A DNA stretch of 57,455 bases from a virus: IMG/VR virus record IMGVR_UViG_3300044658_000099, positions 1 to 57,455 of that record. One strand, 5' to 3'. The notes below the pieces were generated by a model. It ran no database searches, was not told the DNA's origin, and was given only the letters and a program-made list of their open reading frames with translations. Positions 15,168 through 23,796 of the stretch are shown here, piece after piece. Numbering within the stretch: the stretch's first letter is position 1; the number at the start of each line of letters is the position of its first letter. The position numbers and the translations under genes are program-made.

Positions 15168-15934
15168 TGGGCACCCCCGGCGGCGCGCTCCTTGCCGATA
15201 CGGACGACCATGTCGCCGATGCGCTCCTCGTCACCGACCTCGTTCGTGACGAGAGCCCCCAGCTGGCGCGTGGTGCCCAGCTCGTGGTGGATCTGCCGCA
15301 GCCGCCCCGCGCTGGTGTGCGGGTTGCAGATCTCGTCCAGGTAGCTCGCGGCCGGGCGGACAGGGTTCTCGGCCCGTTCGAAGTGGACGGCGTCCGCGTC
15401 GCGGTCCTCGGTCGGTACGAGCCCGTTGTTGATGAGCAGCGTGCGCAGCGCGATGCTCTGGGCCTTCGGCGTGGACCGGCCGCCCGAGTCCGACGCCTCA
15501 CCGGCGGCCTGCGACTCGAAGAACGAGCCGTCCGGGCCGTAGATCCGGAACGTCACCAGCGCGGTGCACTCGCGCATCTTGGCGCCCTTGGCGGTGGTGA
15601 TGTCCCGGTAGTCGGTCTCCACCCGGTGCTGGATCACCAGCACTCCGTGTTTGCGGCAGGCTGGGCCGAAGGCGTTCAGGGCGGTCTCGATGCCTCGGAA
15701 GTTGAAGCGGCCCGCGCTGCCGCCCTCGAACCGCTCGCGCTTGGCGATGGAGCGGACCTCGCCCATCACCCGGGACCAGGCGATGACGGCGCTGGCGGAC
15801 TCGGCGTCCTTGCTGAGGTCGCCGAGGTCGGGCTCGGTCAGGTCGGGTGCCTCGCGCACCTCGTACCGGACGTCCGGCTGCTCGTCGGCCAGGGTGCGGC
15901 CGGCGGCCGCAGCTGCGTTCTCGCGCAGACCCAT
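15164..15934 (-). CDS. ERF-family single-strand annealing protein (256 aa)
   Basis: ...GRFNFRGIETALNAFGPACRKHGVLV... resembles the ERF core. It sits next to the YqaJ exonuclease, the classic SSAP/exonuclease pair. Confidence 0.75.
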   Translation of the reverse strand: MGLRENAAAAAGRTLADEQPDVRYEVREAPDLTEPDLGDLSKDAESASAVIAWSRVMGEVRSIAKRERFEGGSAGRFNFRGIETALNAFGPACRKHGVLVIQHRVETDYRDITTAKGAKMRECTALVTFRIYGPDGSFFESQAAGEASDSGGRSTPKAQSIALRTLLINNGLVPTEDRDADAVHFERAENPVRPAASYLDEICNPHTSAGRLRQIHHELGTTRQLGALVTNEVGDEERIGDMVVRIGKERAAGGAQ

Positions 15935-15935
15935 G

Positions 15936-16973
15936 TCAGATGCCCCCCTTGAACTGCTTGGCGATGTCGATGCGTTCGGTCGGATTCGGTGTGACGCACG
16001 CGGCGTAGGCGTCGGGCCAGCGTTCGGCGAGGAGCTCCAGATCGACGCGCGGCGCGGCGTTCGTGGGCTCCAGCGCGTAGGCGCGCTCGCCGCCGAGCCG
16101 GGCCTCCTGCGCGTCGCCGAGGGCGGCGACCATGCGGGCCTTCGCTGCGGCCTTCGCCTTCTTCGCTGCGGATTCCTCGCGCTGGTGGCGGGTGTAGTCG
16201 AGGAGCGCATCGAGGGCGTCGGCGTGCCGGTCGATGTCGACCGCTCCGGAGCGGGTGGGGTGCAGGCGGCGGAACAGCCGCGCCAGCGCCTCACCGTCCC
16301 CGGTCGGCTCCGGTGGCACCTGAGCCTGGACGTGCTCGTACCAGAACCGGTCCACGGCGGTCGTGATGTCCGCCATGACGTCCCGGTACTGGTCGGCGCG
16401 GATGACGCCCTGGTGGTAGTCGTTGCCGCCGATGAGCACGGCGTAGTGCATGTGCTCGTAGCCGTTGACGATGATCTGCCACAGCACCTGGGCGGTGACG
16501 TCGTCGGGGGCTCCGGCGTGCCACTGCGCGGACTTGAACGCGCTGCGGGTCTTGATCTCCAGGCCGCAGGGTGACTGTTCGGTCGAGTCGAGCGGGCACT
16601 CGGTCACGCGCCGGTCGAGGGTGGTCATCCAGTGCGGGTGGTCCTGGTGGGCGACGAGCCCGACTCGGCGGATCACCGACCGGTTTTGCATGGCCCAGCG
16701 GTGGGCGACGTTGGCCTCGTTGACGGTGCCCCAGTAGGCGGCTTCGCCCGCGTCGTCGACGTTGTGGCCGAGCTTGTCGTAGTAGACCTTCAGCGGCGGG
16801 TTCTGCTCGATCAGGCCGAGGATGGCGGGGACGTCGGAGGAGCCGATGCCGGAGCGGCGGGCGGTGAGCCAGTCGGCGCGGTCGGCGTCGGCGGGGAGGA
16901 TCAGTCGGCCGGTCGGGGTGACCTTCCGGCCGGCGGCCGGGCTGGTGGGCCCGGCCGGGGCTGCGGTTGTCAT
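15936..16973 (-). CDS. YqaJ/lambda-exonuclease-like recombination exonuclease (345 aa)
   Basis: RRSGIGSSDVPAILGL..., ...CGLEIKTRS... are PD-(D/E)XK YqaJ motifs. Start is the ATG at 16971-16973 (TGATG overlap). Confidence 0.85.
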   Translation of the reverse strand: MTTAAPAGPTSPAAGRKVTPTGRLILPADADRADWLTARRSGIGSSDVPAILGLIEQNPPLKVYYDKLGHNVDDAGEAAYWGTVNEANVAHRWAMQNRSVIRRVGLVAHQDHPHWMTTLDRRVTECPLDSTEQSPCGLEIKTRSAFKSAQWHAGAPDDVTAQVLWQIIVNGYEHMHYAVLIGGNDYHQGVIRADQYRDVMADITTAVDRFWYEHVQAQVPPEPTGDGEALARLFRRLHPTRSGAVDIDRHADALDALLDYTRHQREESAAKKAKAAAKARMVAALGDAQEARLGGERAYALEPTNAAPRVDLELLAERWPDAYAACVTPNPTERIDIAKQFKGGI

Positions 16974-17371
16974 CAGGCGGTACCGCCCTTCTGGTCTCCG
17001 AGGCGGGGCAGGCACGCGTGCCGTGCCGCCATGGCCATGAGGTCGAGGAGGGACTTCGGCGCCGTGCCTTGGGCGCCGATCGCGCCGCAGTTCCGGCAGC
17101 GGTACTCCTCGGCGGCGCCGTAGCTGCCGTCGCTGGTGCTGGTGACGGCCTCGAAGTTGTCGAAGAGCCAGCCCTTCGCGCCGGCGTGCTGGCGGCCGGT
17201 GGCGTAGCCGTCGCGGTAGACGGGGTCCGTCTCCTTGTTGGCGGCCTCGATGACGGCCTCGGCGAAGCGGATGAGGTCTTCCCGGTGGTGGATCAGGGCG
17301 TATTTGTCGGCGGCGAGGAGGGCGGCGATGTACCGCTCGATGCGCTCGGCGGGGTACTTGGGGCCGGTCAC
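16973..17371 (-). CDS. Hypothetical protein (132 aa)
   Basis: Intact ORF with normal composition. GTGA overlap upstream. Confidence 0.8.
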   Translation of the reverse strand: MTGPKYPAERIERYIAALLAADKYALIHHREDLIRFAEAVIEAANKETDPVYRDGYATGRQHAGAKGWLFDNFEAVTSTSDGSYGAAEEYRCRNCGAIGAQGTAPKSLLDLMAMAARHACLPRLGDQKGGTA

Positions 17372-17571
17372 GGGCGGCGGTCCTCTCGGGTGGTGAAGCG
17401 GGCGCGGCGGGGTGTGAGGGCCCCGGCCATGGACGCGGTGGCGAGGCTGACCTCGACGAACACCAGGCCCTGCGCGGTGCCGTGGAACGGGAGGGCGGCG
17501 AGGGTGGCGGCGAGGGTGCAGCTGCTTCCGGCGGCGGCCAGGTAGAGGGCGGCGGCGAGGTGGCGGCTCAT
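17368..17571 (-). CDS. Small membrane protein (67 aa)
   Basis: MSRHLAAALYLAAAGSSCTLAATLAALPF... ATGA overlap upstream. Confidence 0.55.
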   Translation of the reverse strand: MSRHLAAALYLAAAGSSCTLAATLAALPFHGTAQGLVFVEVSLATASMAGALTPRRARFTTREDRRP

Positions 17572-17813
17572 CGGGCGCGGTCCTTCCGGGTCTTGAGCGT
17601 GTAGAACCGTCCGTCGATCGGGCCGTGCTGGATCAGGTGGCCGCGCCGAGCGAGTTCGGCGAGGTCCCGGCGGGCGGTGCCGCGTTGCGTGGGGCCGCCG
17701 GTCAGGCGGCGGAGGTTCTGCACACGCCCGGCGGACCAGTGGCGGCCGTGGGTGCGGATGGTGTCGAGGAGTTGCGCGAGCCGTGCTTCGCGGCTGGTGG
17801 GCCAGGCGCTCAT
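17568..17813 (-). CDS. Winged-helix-like DNA-binding protein (81 aa)
   Basis: ...TQRGTARRDLAELARRGHLIQHGPIDGRFYTL has a wHTH-like recognition helix plus wing. Confidence 0.65.
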   Translation of the reverse strand: MSAWPTSREARLAQLLDTIRTHGRHWSAGRVQNLRRLTGGPTQRGTARRDLAELARRGHLIQHGPIDGRFYTLKTRKDRAR

Positions 17814-18208
17814 CGGGCACCTGCCGTCTCCGCCACCGCGGCCTGCTCACGGAGCCGAGCCCGACGCATCCGGGTCTCCTCCGTGTTCGCGGCCTTGCAT
17901 GGCGCGCACCGGCAGCCGTAGTTGCGGTACGTCGTGTACTTGCCGTGCCCGGCTCGGTCGGCGCGGTCCTGGTCTCCCCGGTAGTGCGCCCGCTTCTCGG
18001 CGGCGTTGATCCGCATGGCCTCGCGGCAGTTGTCGCAGCGGCAGCCCTTGAGGTAGGTGCGGTGGTCGCCGTGGCCGTGGTCGACCGGCGGGCGGCCGCG
18101 CTTCTTCGTGGGCTTGGGCAGAAGGCCGAGCATGTCGAGGAGCCGGCGGCAGTCGGCGGCGTTGTGGGCGTGCTCGGCGACGACGAGCAGCACCTTGCGG
18201 GTGCTCAT
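17810..18208 (-). CDS. Hypothetical protein with two H-G..Y..GCRC..C repeats (132 aa)
   Basis: ...HGDHRTYLKGCRCDNCREA... and ...HGKYTTYRNYGCRCAPCKAA... Internal ATG with ATGA overlap. Confidence 0.7.
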   Translation of the reverse strand: MSTRKVLLVVAEHAHNAADCRRLLDMLGLLPKPTKKRGRPPVDHGHGDHRTYLKGCRCDNCREAMRINAAEKRAHYRGDQDRADRAGHGKYTTYRNYGCRCAPCKAANTEETRMRRARLREQAAVAETAGAR

Positions 18209-18780
18209 TCGGTGGCCTCCTCGTCGTACTCGGAGGCGACCTCCAGCGGCGTCACCACGTAGCCCGTGGTGGACTCCTCGTTCTGGCCCGCGACCACAGA
18301 CAGCTCCTCGACGGAGTCGTCCTCGTCGGGATCGTCGGGGACCCAGGAGAAGGAGAGGGTGGTGCCAGTGGGCCACGACAGGCGCTCCTCGGCTTCGCAG
18401 TGCGCGCGGGCGGCTTCGCGGGTGGTGTAGAGGCCCATGACGATCGAATCGTGCTGCGCCCGGTACACCGTCAGCGCCGGCGCGGCGCCCCCGGCCATGG
18501 CGCGCAGGCCGTCGGCCAGCTTCCGCGGGATGCAGGTGTCGCATCCGCCGCAGTCGCAGGTGTCGTCGTTGCCGACGAAGTCTGCGGCCTGGTGCAGCAC
18601 CTCGGCGCGGTAGGCATCGCGAACAGCGACCGCAGCCTCGTCGCTCCAGCCCCGCACACTGGCCAGGGCCGACAGGATCGCCTCGCCCGCGGTGCGGGCC
18701 GCCCCGCAGTGGCGGCATTCCAGTCCGGCGGCCCAGTCGTGGCCGAACGGCTGCTTCGGGCAGACCCAAGCGGTGCTCAT
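18205..18780 (-). CDS. Hypothetical Cys-rich protein (191 aa)
   Basis: Intact ORF with CRHCG and CDCGGCDTC motifs and an acidic C-terminus. Confidence 0.8.
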   Translation of the reverse strand: MSTAWVCPKQPFGHDWAAGLECRHCGAARTAGEAILSALASVRGWSDEAAVAVRDAYRAEVLHQAADFVGNDDTCDCGGCDTCIPRKLADGLRAMAGGAAPALTVYRAQHDSIVMGLYTTREAARAHCEAEERLSWPTGTTLSFSWVPDDPDEDDSVEELSVVAGQNEESTTGYVVTPLEVASEYDEEATE

Positions 18781-19166
18781 GCTGCCCTCCCGCCCCGGGC
18801 CGCGATCGCCCGAGCCGCGCCGGCCTGCCGACGCTCCGCCGCCTCAGCCAGCGGGCGGCCGAGCTGGTGCATCCGCCCGGCCACACGAACCGCCTGCGGC
18901 CCGGTCAGCGCGACCCGCGTGGACATGCGCTCCACCAGCCGGGCGGCGAGCTGCTCGAAGCCGAGGCGCTCCGGGGCGTGCCCGTCGTGCCCGCTGGTCG
19001 GGGCCGGGTCAGCGATCTCCATGAAGTCCTCGAAGAACTCGTCGGAGGCCAGGAGTTCCAGCAGCTCGGTCACGTTGGCGCGCACGAGCGGGGTCACGTC
19101 GGCGGTGACCATGAGCGGGGTGGCCTCGATGTGCATCGGGCCGCGTACGGCGTCGTTGGTGGTCAT
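18777..19166 (-). CDS. Hypothetical protein (129 aa)
   Basis: Intact ORF with normal composition, coupled to its neighbours. Confidence 0.8.
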   Translation of the reverse strand: MTTNDAVRGPMHIEATPLMVTADVTPLVRANVTELLELLASDEFFEDFMEIADPAPTSGHDGHAPERLGFEQLAARLVERMSTRVALTGPQAVRVAGRMHQLGRPLAEAAERRQAGAARAIAARGGRAA

Positions 19167-19417
19167 CGGGTTGCCTCCGGGGCGGCGGTGAGGAGCATGA
19201 GGAGCGCGGCCACCGTCAACGCGGCCTCGTGGACGGTGTGCTTCGCGCGGACGATCTCGACCAGCAGGCGCGCGCCCAGGTCGGTCTCCAGCAGGCGGCG
19301 CGGGTCGAAGTCGGCAGGCTCGGCGTCCACGACCAGCAGCACCAGCGCGGCGCCAGCGGCGTAGATGCCGGTCCCGAGCAGCAGGAACGCGGCCCAGTCG
19401 GCGGGCGAGTGCGTCAT
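19163..19417 (-). CDS. Membrane protein (84 aa)
   Basis: Two hydrophobic helices: WAAFLLLGTGIYAAGAALVLLVV and ALTVAALLMLLTAAP. Confidence 0.7.
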   Translation of the reverse strand: MTHSPADWAAFLLLGTGIYAAGAALVLLVVDAEPADFDPRRLLETDLGARLLVEIVRAKHTVHEAALTVAALLMLLTAAPEATR

Positions 19418-19770
19418 TGCGCGCCCCCGCGAAGCTCGTCAGCAGTCCGCCGCAGCAGGGCCGTTACGTCGTCCTGCGTCCGGCCCGGGCGGTCGTTCCA
19501 GTCCGCCAGTTCCACGCCGTCCAGGCCCTGCTCGATGAGTTCGGCGACGTCGTGCGCCGTCGGCTCGTTGGCCTGCAGTTCCCTTGCGAAGTGCGGGGTC
19601 CCGTGCAGGGCGACGTTCAGTGCGCCCATGGCGCACACTGCGCACTGGTCGAGCGGCGTGCTGATGGCCTGTTCGTGGTCGTAGAGGGCGCCCTGCCACC
19701 AGCCGACCGTCTCGATGTGGTCGGCGGCACGGTCGAGGACGTCTGCGATGTCGGTCGGTGTCTTGTTCAC
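19414..19770 (-). CDS. Hypothetical protein, possibly DUF6197-like (118 aa)
   Basis: ...GWWQGALYD...CAVCAMGALNVAL... resembles a family I recall from Streptomyces plasmids and phages. Unverified. Confidence 0.7.
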   Translation of the reverse strand: MNKTPTDIADVLDRAADHIETVGWWQGALYDHEQAISTPLDQCAVCAMGALNVALHGTPHFARELQANEPTAHDVAELIEQGLDGVELADWNDRPGRTQDDVTALLRRTADELRGGAQ

Positions 19771-20129
19771 GACGCACCCCCGACCGGCGGCAGGTCCCGG
19801 CCGAGCCGGTACCGGTGCGCGAGCGGCCCGTCGTGCGGGTCCTCCAACTGCGCGCGCTGCCCGGCGAGGAGCGACCGCAGCTTGGCCACCTGCGGCGTCA
19901 CGTCCTCGTCCTCACGGAGGGCCTGCAGCGGCACGTTCCGCCGCGTAATCCCGTCCGCCGACTCAGCGCTCTGGATCCCGTGCTCCGCCAGCTCCTCCAG
20001 CGTCGCCATCACGTACGGCGGGCACTGGCACACACCCTCCAGCGCGTACAGAGCCAGGCCGCCCCGCGTCTCCGCACGGCGCTCCCACACCATCCCGTCC
20101 GTCGTGCGGACCTTCTCCGGGGCGCTCAC
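19767..20129 (-). CDS. Hypothetical protein (120 aa)
   Basis: Intact ORF with normal composition. Confidence 0.8.
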   Translation of the reverse strand: MSAPEKVRTTDGMVWERRAETRGGLALYALEGVCQCPPYVMATLEELAEHGIQSAESADGITRRNVPLQALREDEDVTPQVAKLRSLLAGQRAQLEDPHDGPLAHRYRLGRDLPPVGGAS

Positions 20130-20440
20130 GCCGCCACCGCCTCAGCCGCCACCGGCAGCGCCACGACGACCTCGACCGGAACGTCACGCCACGTCGACGA
20201 CAGCACGTGCTGCCGCAGCCACCCGTCGCGGCTCTCGTACGCCTCGCCCGCCCGGACACTGCCGCCCATGAATTTGGCGCAGTCGGCCAGCACTCGCATG
20301 CCGCCGTCGTGGATGTACCCCGTCAGGGTCGGGGTGGTCCGGCTGATCGACCACGACACGTGGTCGGACAGCTCGGGGTGCTCTTGCAGGAGCTGCACCA
20401 GCGCGGTCGCCGCGCTGACCTGGGTAGAGTTACTGGCCAT
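20126..20440 (-). CDS. Hypothetical protein (104 aa)
   Basis: Intact ORF with GAAGGAGAGG upstream of the ATG. Confidence 0.8.
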   Translation of the reverse strand: MASNSTQVSAATALVQLLQEHPELSDHVSWSISRTTPTLTGYIHDGGMRVLADCAKFMGGSVRAGEAYESRDGWLRQHVLSSTWRDVPVEVVVALPVAAEAVAA

Positions 20441-20533
20441 CGGTGGCCTCTCCTTCTTCGTGTTCGTAGGGGCGCCGTAGTCGTGGGGTCGCTCAGGCCG
20501 GCAAGTCGGAGCGGCCCTGCGGCGCTCAGGGGG

Positions 20534-20719
20534 TTAGGCGGCCTTCGCCGCCGGCGCGGGCTGGGCAGCAGGCATCGGGACTGGCCTGGCAGGCCGGGCG
20601 AGGATCCGGCGCAGTTCCTCCACGACCTCGTCCGGCGGCTCGGGAGCCTGGGCGACGCGGGCGTGGATGGCGGCGATGACGTCGTCGCCGAGGAGTGCGC
20701 GGCGCTGTTCGCGGGTCAT
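20534..20719 (-). CDS. Hypothetical protein (61 aa)
   Basis: MTREQRRALLGDDVIAAIHARV... ATGA overlap with the Cro-like gene. Confidence 0.65.
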   Translation of the reverse strand: MTREQRRALLGDDVIAAIHARVAQAPEPPDEVVEELRRILARPARPVPMPAAQPAPAAKAA

Positions 20720-20940
20720 GCGGCGGCCTCGATGGGGATGCGCTTTATGACGTCGCGGAGGTCGAAGTCGTAGGCCTCGGCGAGGCGCATCGCGGTGTTC
20801 AGGTCAGGCTGGGACTCGCCCGAGAGGATCCGGTATGCGGCGGATTCGCTGATTCCGGCTCGGCGGTAGATCTTGTAGCCGGTGCTGTCGCCGCGGGCGC
20901 TGGTCTTCTCCAGCAGCTTGGGGATGTCCAGGCGGTACAC
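20716..20940 (-). CDS. Cro-like XRE-family HTH protein, first gene of the early operon (74 aa)
   Basis: GTG 20938-20940 with GGGGGA upstream. HTH is ...TGYKIYRRAGISESAAYRILSGESQP. Divergent from the CI-like gene. Confidence 0.75.
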   Translation of the reverse strand: MYRLDIPKLLEKTSARGDSTGYKIYRRAGISESAAYRILSGESQPDLNTAMRLAEAYDFDLRDVIKRIPIEAAA

Positions 20941-21200
20941 GTAGTCCCCCTTTCCTTGGTCGCTGGGATCGCTGGTGGGAGCGGGTTCCTTGCTCACGAG
21001 GGAGACTCTGGCATATTTATCCCTCCCGCGCAAGGGAGCTTGCTCCCTCGGGAGGTCCACCCTGGGTGTGAAGAATGTGAAGAACACTTGTTCGATCGCT
21101 CGTGCGACCTGTGTTATTGCAGGTGAGTGGCGTGATCGCGACTCTTGCGGTTCAGGGATTTTCTGGATACTCCCTATGTAGGGAGGTAGGGTTCTGGGAC
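20941..21200. promoter_or_regulatory. Lysis/lysogeny switch region (divergent promoters and operators)
   Basis: Lower-GC 260-bp spacer between divergent HTH genes. It holds overlapping CTCCC/GGGAG dyads (21022-21055), the tandem TGTGAAGAA x2 (21067-21084) and the dyad CTCCCTA-TG-TAGGGAG (21170-21185). Confidence 0.6.
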
Positions 21201-21653
21201 ATGACGAACACGCCCCCCACACACGCCCAGCGCTTCGCGCAGGTCGTGGTCCCAGCCGCCAGGGACGCGGGCTATACCGGCCACGGGTCCCAGGCCCGCC
21301 TCGCCCGGGACACCGGCATGTCCGAAAGCAGCGTCTCCCGCATGCTCAAAGGGCAAGCTGTCCCTGAGCTGCGCTTCCTCGCTCCCCTCGCCGAAGCGAT
21401 CAACATGAGTCCGATTCAGCTCCTCATCGAAACCGGACTGATTTCACCCGAGTCACTTCGTGCACTGTCCGAAACCGGACCATCACAGGTAGGCTCCACA
21501 GCACTCACTCCAGAGGACGCTGCTGACCGGCTCGGCATCAAAGACGAAGTCGGACGTCAGATGTTCCTAGGGACGGTGGAACGGCTTCAGCGCCTAGAGG
21601 GCGACGAAGACGGCAACACGGGTACCCAAGGAGGAGCCCAAGCACAGGCGTAA
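21201..21653 (+). CDS. CI-like XRE-family repressor (150 aa)
   Basis: ...SQARLARDTGMSESSVSRMLKGQAVP is the HTH. It is divergent from the Cro-like gene and lies near the integrase. No S24 peptidase domain is seen. Confidence 0.8.
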   Translation: MTNTPPTHAQRFAQVVVPAARDAGYTGHGSQARLARDTGMSESSVSRMLKGQAVPELRFLAPLAEAINMSPIQLLIETGLISPESLRALSETGPSQVGSTALTPEDAADRLGIKDEVGRQMFLGTVERLQRLEGDEDGNTGTQGGAQAQA

Positions 21654-21668
21654 CCCCCGGGGGTGTAC

Positions 21669-22217
21669 ATGGATCGCGCAACCAGCAGGAAGACCACCGC
21701 AGCCACGGCAGCGGTGGTCATGGTTGTTGGACTATCCGTCATCCTCTGCAGCGTGATAGACGACGACCTGACACGAGCGCTCGGCGGTGCATGCCTCACC
21801 GTGTCCGCCCTGACGCTCCTGGCGCTGGTCGCGATCAGGACCTGGATCACCGACACCAGCGAAGAACGACGCGACCTCGCTGCGGCCACCCGGGAGGCGC
21901 AGGCCGAGCACACCACCTACATCGCCGCGAAGGCAGCCCTGGAGGGCGAACAGGGCCGCTTCGCCCGCGACATGGCGGCCGAGCGGGCGAGACTCGCGGC
22001 GATGCTCCGCGCCGAGCGGGAAGCGCTGGCCGCAGAGTTTGCGGAGAAGCGGACGCAGATCGAGTGTGAGGCGTTCGAACTCGGGTGGAAGATGGCGCTC
22101 AGCAACAAGCGCGGCGAGCACGCGAAAACCCCCGCCGCGCAAGGTGAGATCATCCACTTCCCGACCCAGCAGCCCGAGCGGGCCCGGTCTCGAGGGCACG
22201 GAGTGGTCGGTCCCTGA
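21669..22217 (+). CDS. Two-TM membrane protein with long coiled-coil tail (182 aa; start could be GTG 21663)
   Basis: TTAATAAVVMVVGLSVILCSVI and CLTVSALTLLALVAIRTWI, then an E/R/A-rich heptad region. It starts 16 nt after the repressor gene stop on the same strand. Confidence 0.75.
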   Translation: MDRATSRKTTAATAAVVMVVGLSVILCSVIDDDLTRALGGACLTVSALTLLALVAIRTWITDTSEERRDLAAATREAQAEHTTYIAAKAALEGEQGRFARDMAAERARLAAMLRAEREALAAEFAEKRTQIECEAFELGWKMALSNKRGEHAKTPAAQGEIIHFPTQQPERARSRGHGVVGP

Positions 22218-23796
22218 ACCCGGGCTCTCCCACGAACGCCAGCCGGATCCGGTCGGTTTCGATCTTCCGTGAACCGCGCACGCTCGCCTTGTACAGCCGC
22301 ACCGTCACCACCTTCCGGATTACCTCCCGCTTCTGCTCCAGCGTCAGCGCCGGCACCCCCGGTTTGGTCTCGGTCGCCGGACGGCCGTTCCACTTCACGT
22401 CCGGGTCCTCGGCCTCCAGCATGCCGAGCAGCAGCGGCGACACCCCGGTGAGGCCGGCCAGCTTCTTCCGCTCGGCCTCCAGCTTCGGCCCCAGCTTCTG
22501 CTCCATCGACGCCAGCGACGCCGCGGACAGCTTGAACCGGCCGGTCCTCTCGTCGAACTCCTCGGCCAGCGCGCGGGCTTCACGGAGCTGCTCCTCGTAG
22601 CCGTTGATGAGGCGCTGGGTGGCAGCGAGCTTCTCCTCCGTCTCGTCGTCCCCCGGCACGAGCGCGGCGCGGGCCTTGCGTTTGTTGGTGAACCAGGCGA
22701 TGACCGCCTCTTCGACGACGGCGTTCACCACTTCCTCGGACATCGCCACATCCCGCGACGGCTCACACGTCAGGATCGGGAGACGGCCGCCGGCGCGGGA
22801 CTGGGCGCACAGCAGCGCGTGGTCGCCGCACTCCCCGCACAACGCGAGATACGACAGCAGGTGTGACACCTCAGTGCCTCGCTGTGTCCGGCGGCTCGGG
22901 TCCGCGAGCTTCGCCGCCACCCGGTTGAACATTGCCCGGCCGGCGGGAGTGTCGAGCCCTTTGAGAGGCTCCCACGTCGCTTTGCGGTAGGTGCCTCGGT
23001 GCAGGCGCTCGCCGAGGTAGGCGCGGTTTTGCAGCAGGATCCGCACGGTGCGCGGGCTCCACGGCTTCCCGTCGGGGCGGGCGGCGTCCGGCTCCGTGTT
23101 CATCCATGCCAGCAGTGAGCGGACCGACTTCCCGGAGTCGATGTGCTGTAGCGCCTTCAGGACGATCGGGCCGCGTACCGGGTCTTCGTACTGGCGGATA
23201 CAGCGGGACCGGCCGCCCACGACTGCGTACTCGCGCGCGTATCCGAACGGTAGTCGGCCGTGTGGCTTGCCGGCCTCCGCCTCCAACGCTGTGGTGCGTG
23301 CGTTGCGGGCTTGGATGGCGTCGGCTTCGTCTTCGGCGTCGACGGCGTGCATGGCGGTGGCTTTGCGGTCGTCGCGGCGGGACAGGTCGTAGACCTGGTC
23401 GTTGTAGCAGAGCAGGGTGTTGGAGGCGACGCATGCGTTGCGGAGCCGGACGTACGCCTCCAAGTCGCGGTAGTACCGCGAGGCTTCATAGGCGACGACG
23501 ATGCGGCGGACGCCCTGCGGGGCCGGGCTGCCGGTGATGGTGGCGAGGAGGTCTTCGAAGTCTCCGCGGGCCTTCTTGGCGTGGCGGCTGGCGGAGAGGT
23601 CGGAGTCTTTGAACTCGCGGATGACGGGCCAGCCGTGGCGGTGGCAGAGGTCGCGTCCGGTGGCGAGCTGGTCGTCGACGGAGTCGCGTGCGCCCGCGTG
23701 GTTGGTGAAGGCGTTGTCGCTGTTGCGGCCGTAGAGGTAGGCCTCGAAGCGGGTGTCGGGGATGACGAGGTGGAGGTATTCGGGCGCGTAGGGCAT
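22150..23796 (-). CDS. int: Large serine recombinase (integrase), 548 aa
   Basis: N-terminal resolvase-type YGRNSD...DDQL..., a recombinase domain, Zn-ribbon LALCGECGDHALLC and a C-terminal coiled-coil. This is the typical phiC31/Bxb1-class architecture. Confidence 0.9.
   Translation of the reverse strand: MPYAPEYLHLVIPDTRFEAYLYGRNSDNAFTNHAGARDSVDDQLATGRDLCHRHGWPVIREFKDSDLSASRHAKKARGDFEDLLATITGSPAPQGVRRIVVAYEASRYYRDLEAYVRLRNACVASNTLLCYNDQVYDLSRRDDRKATAMHAVDAEDEADAIQARNARTTALEAEAGKPHGRLPFGYAREYAVVGGRSRCIRQYEDPVRGPIVLKALQHIDSGKSVRSLLAWMNTEPDAARPDGKPWSPRTVRILLQNRAYLGERLHRGTYRKATWEPLKGLDTPAGRAMFNRVAAKLADPSRRTQRGTEVSHLLSYLALCGECGDHALLCAQSRAGGRLPILTCEPSRDVAMSEEVVNAVVEEAVIAWFTNKRKARAALVPGDDETEEKLAATQRLINGYEEQLREARALAEEFDERTGRFKLSAASLASMEQKLGPKLEAERKKLAGLTGVSPLLLGMLEAEDPDVKWNGRPATETKPGVPALTLEQKREVIRKVVTVRLYKASVRGSRKIETDRIRLAFVGEPGFRDRPLRALETGPARAAGSGSG

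Noticed and set aside
21102-21200. Upstream start (21102) for the CI-like repressor giving 183 aa
   Set aside because: The extra 33 codons cover the operator and SD region and have atypical composition. ATG 21201 follows the GGGAGG.
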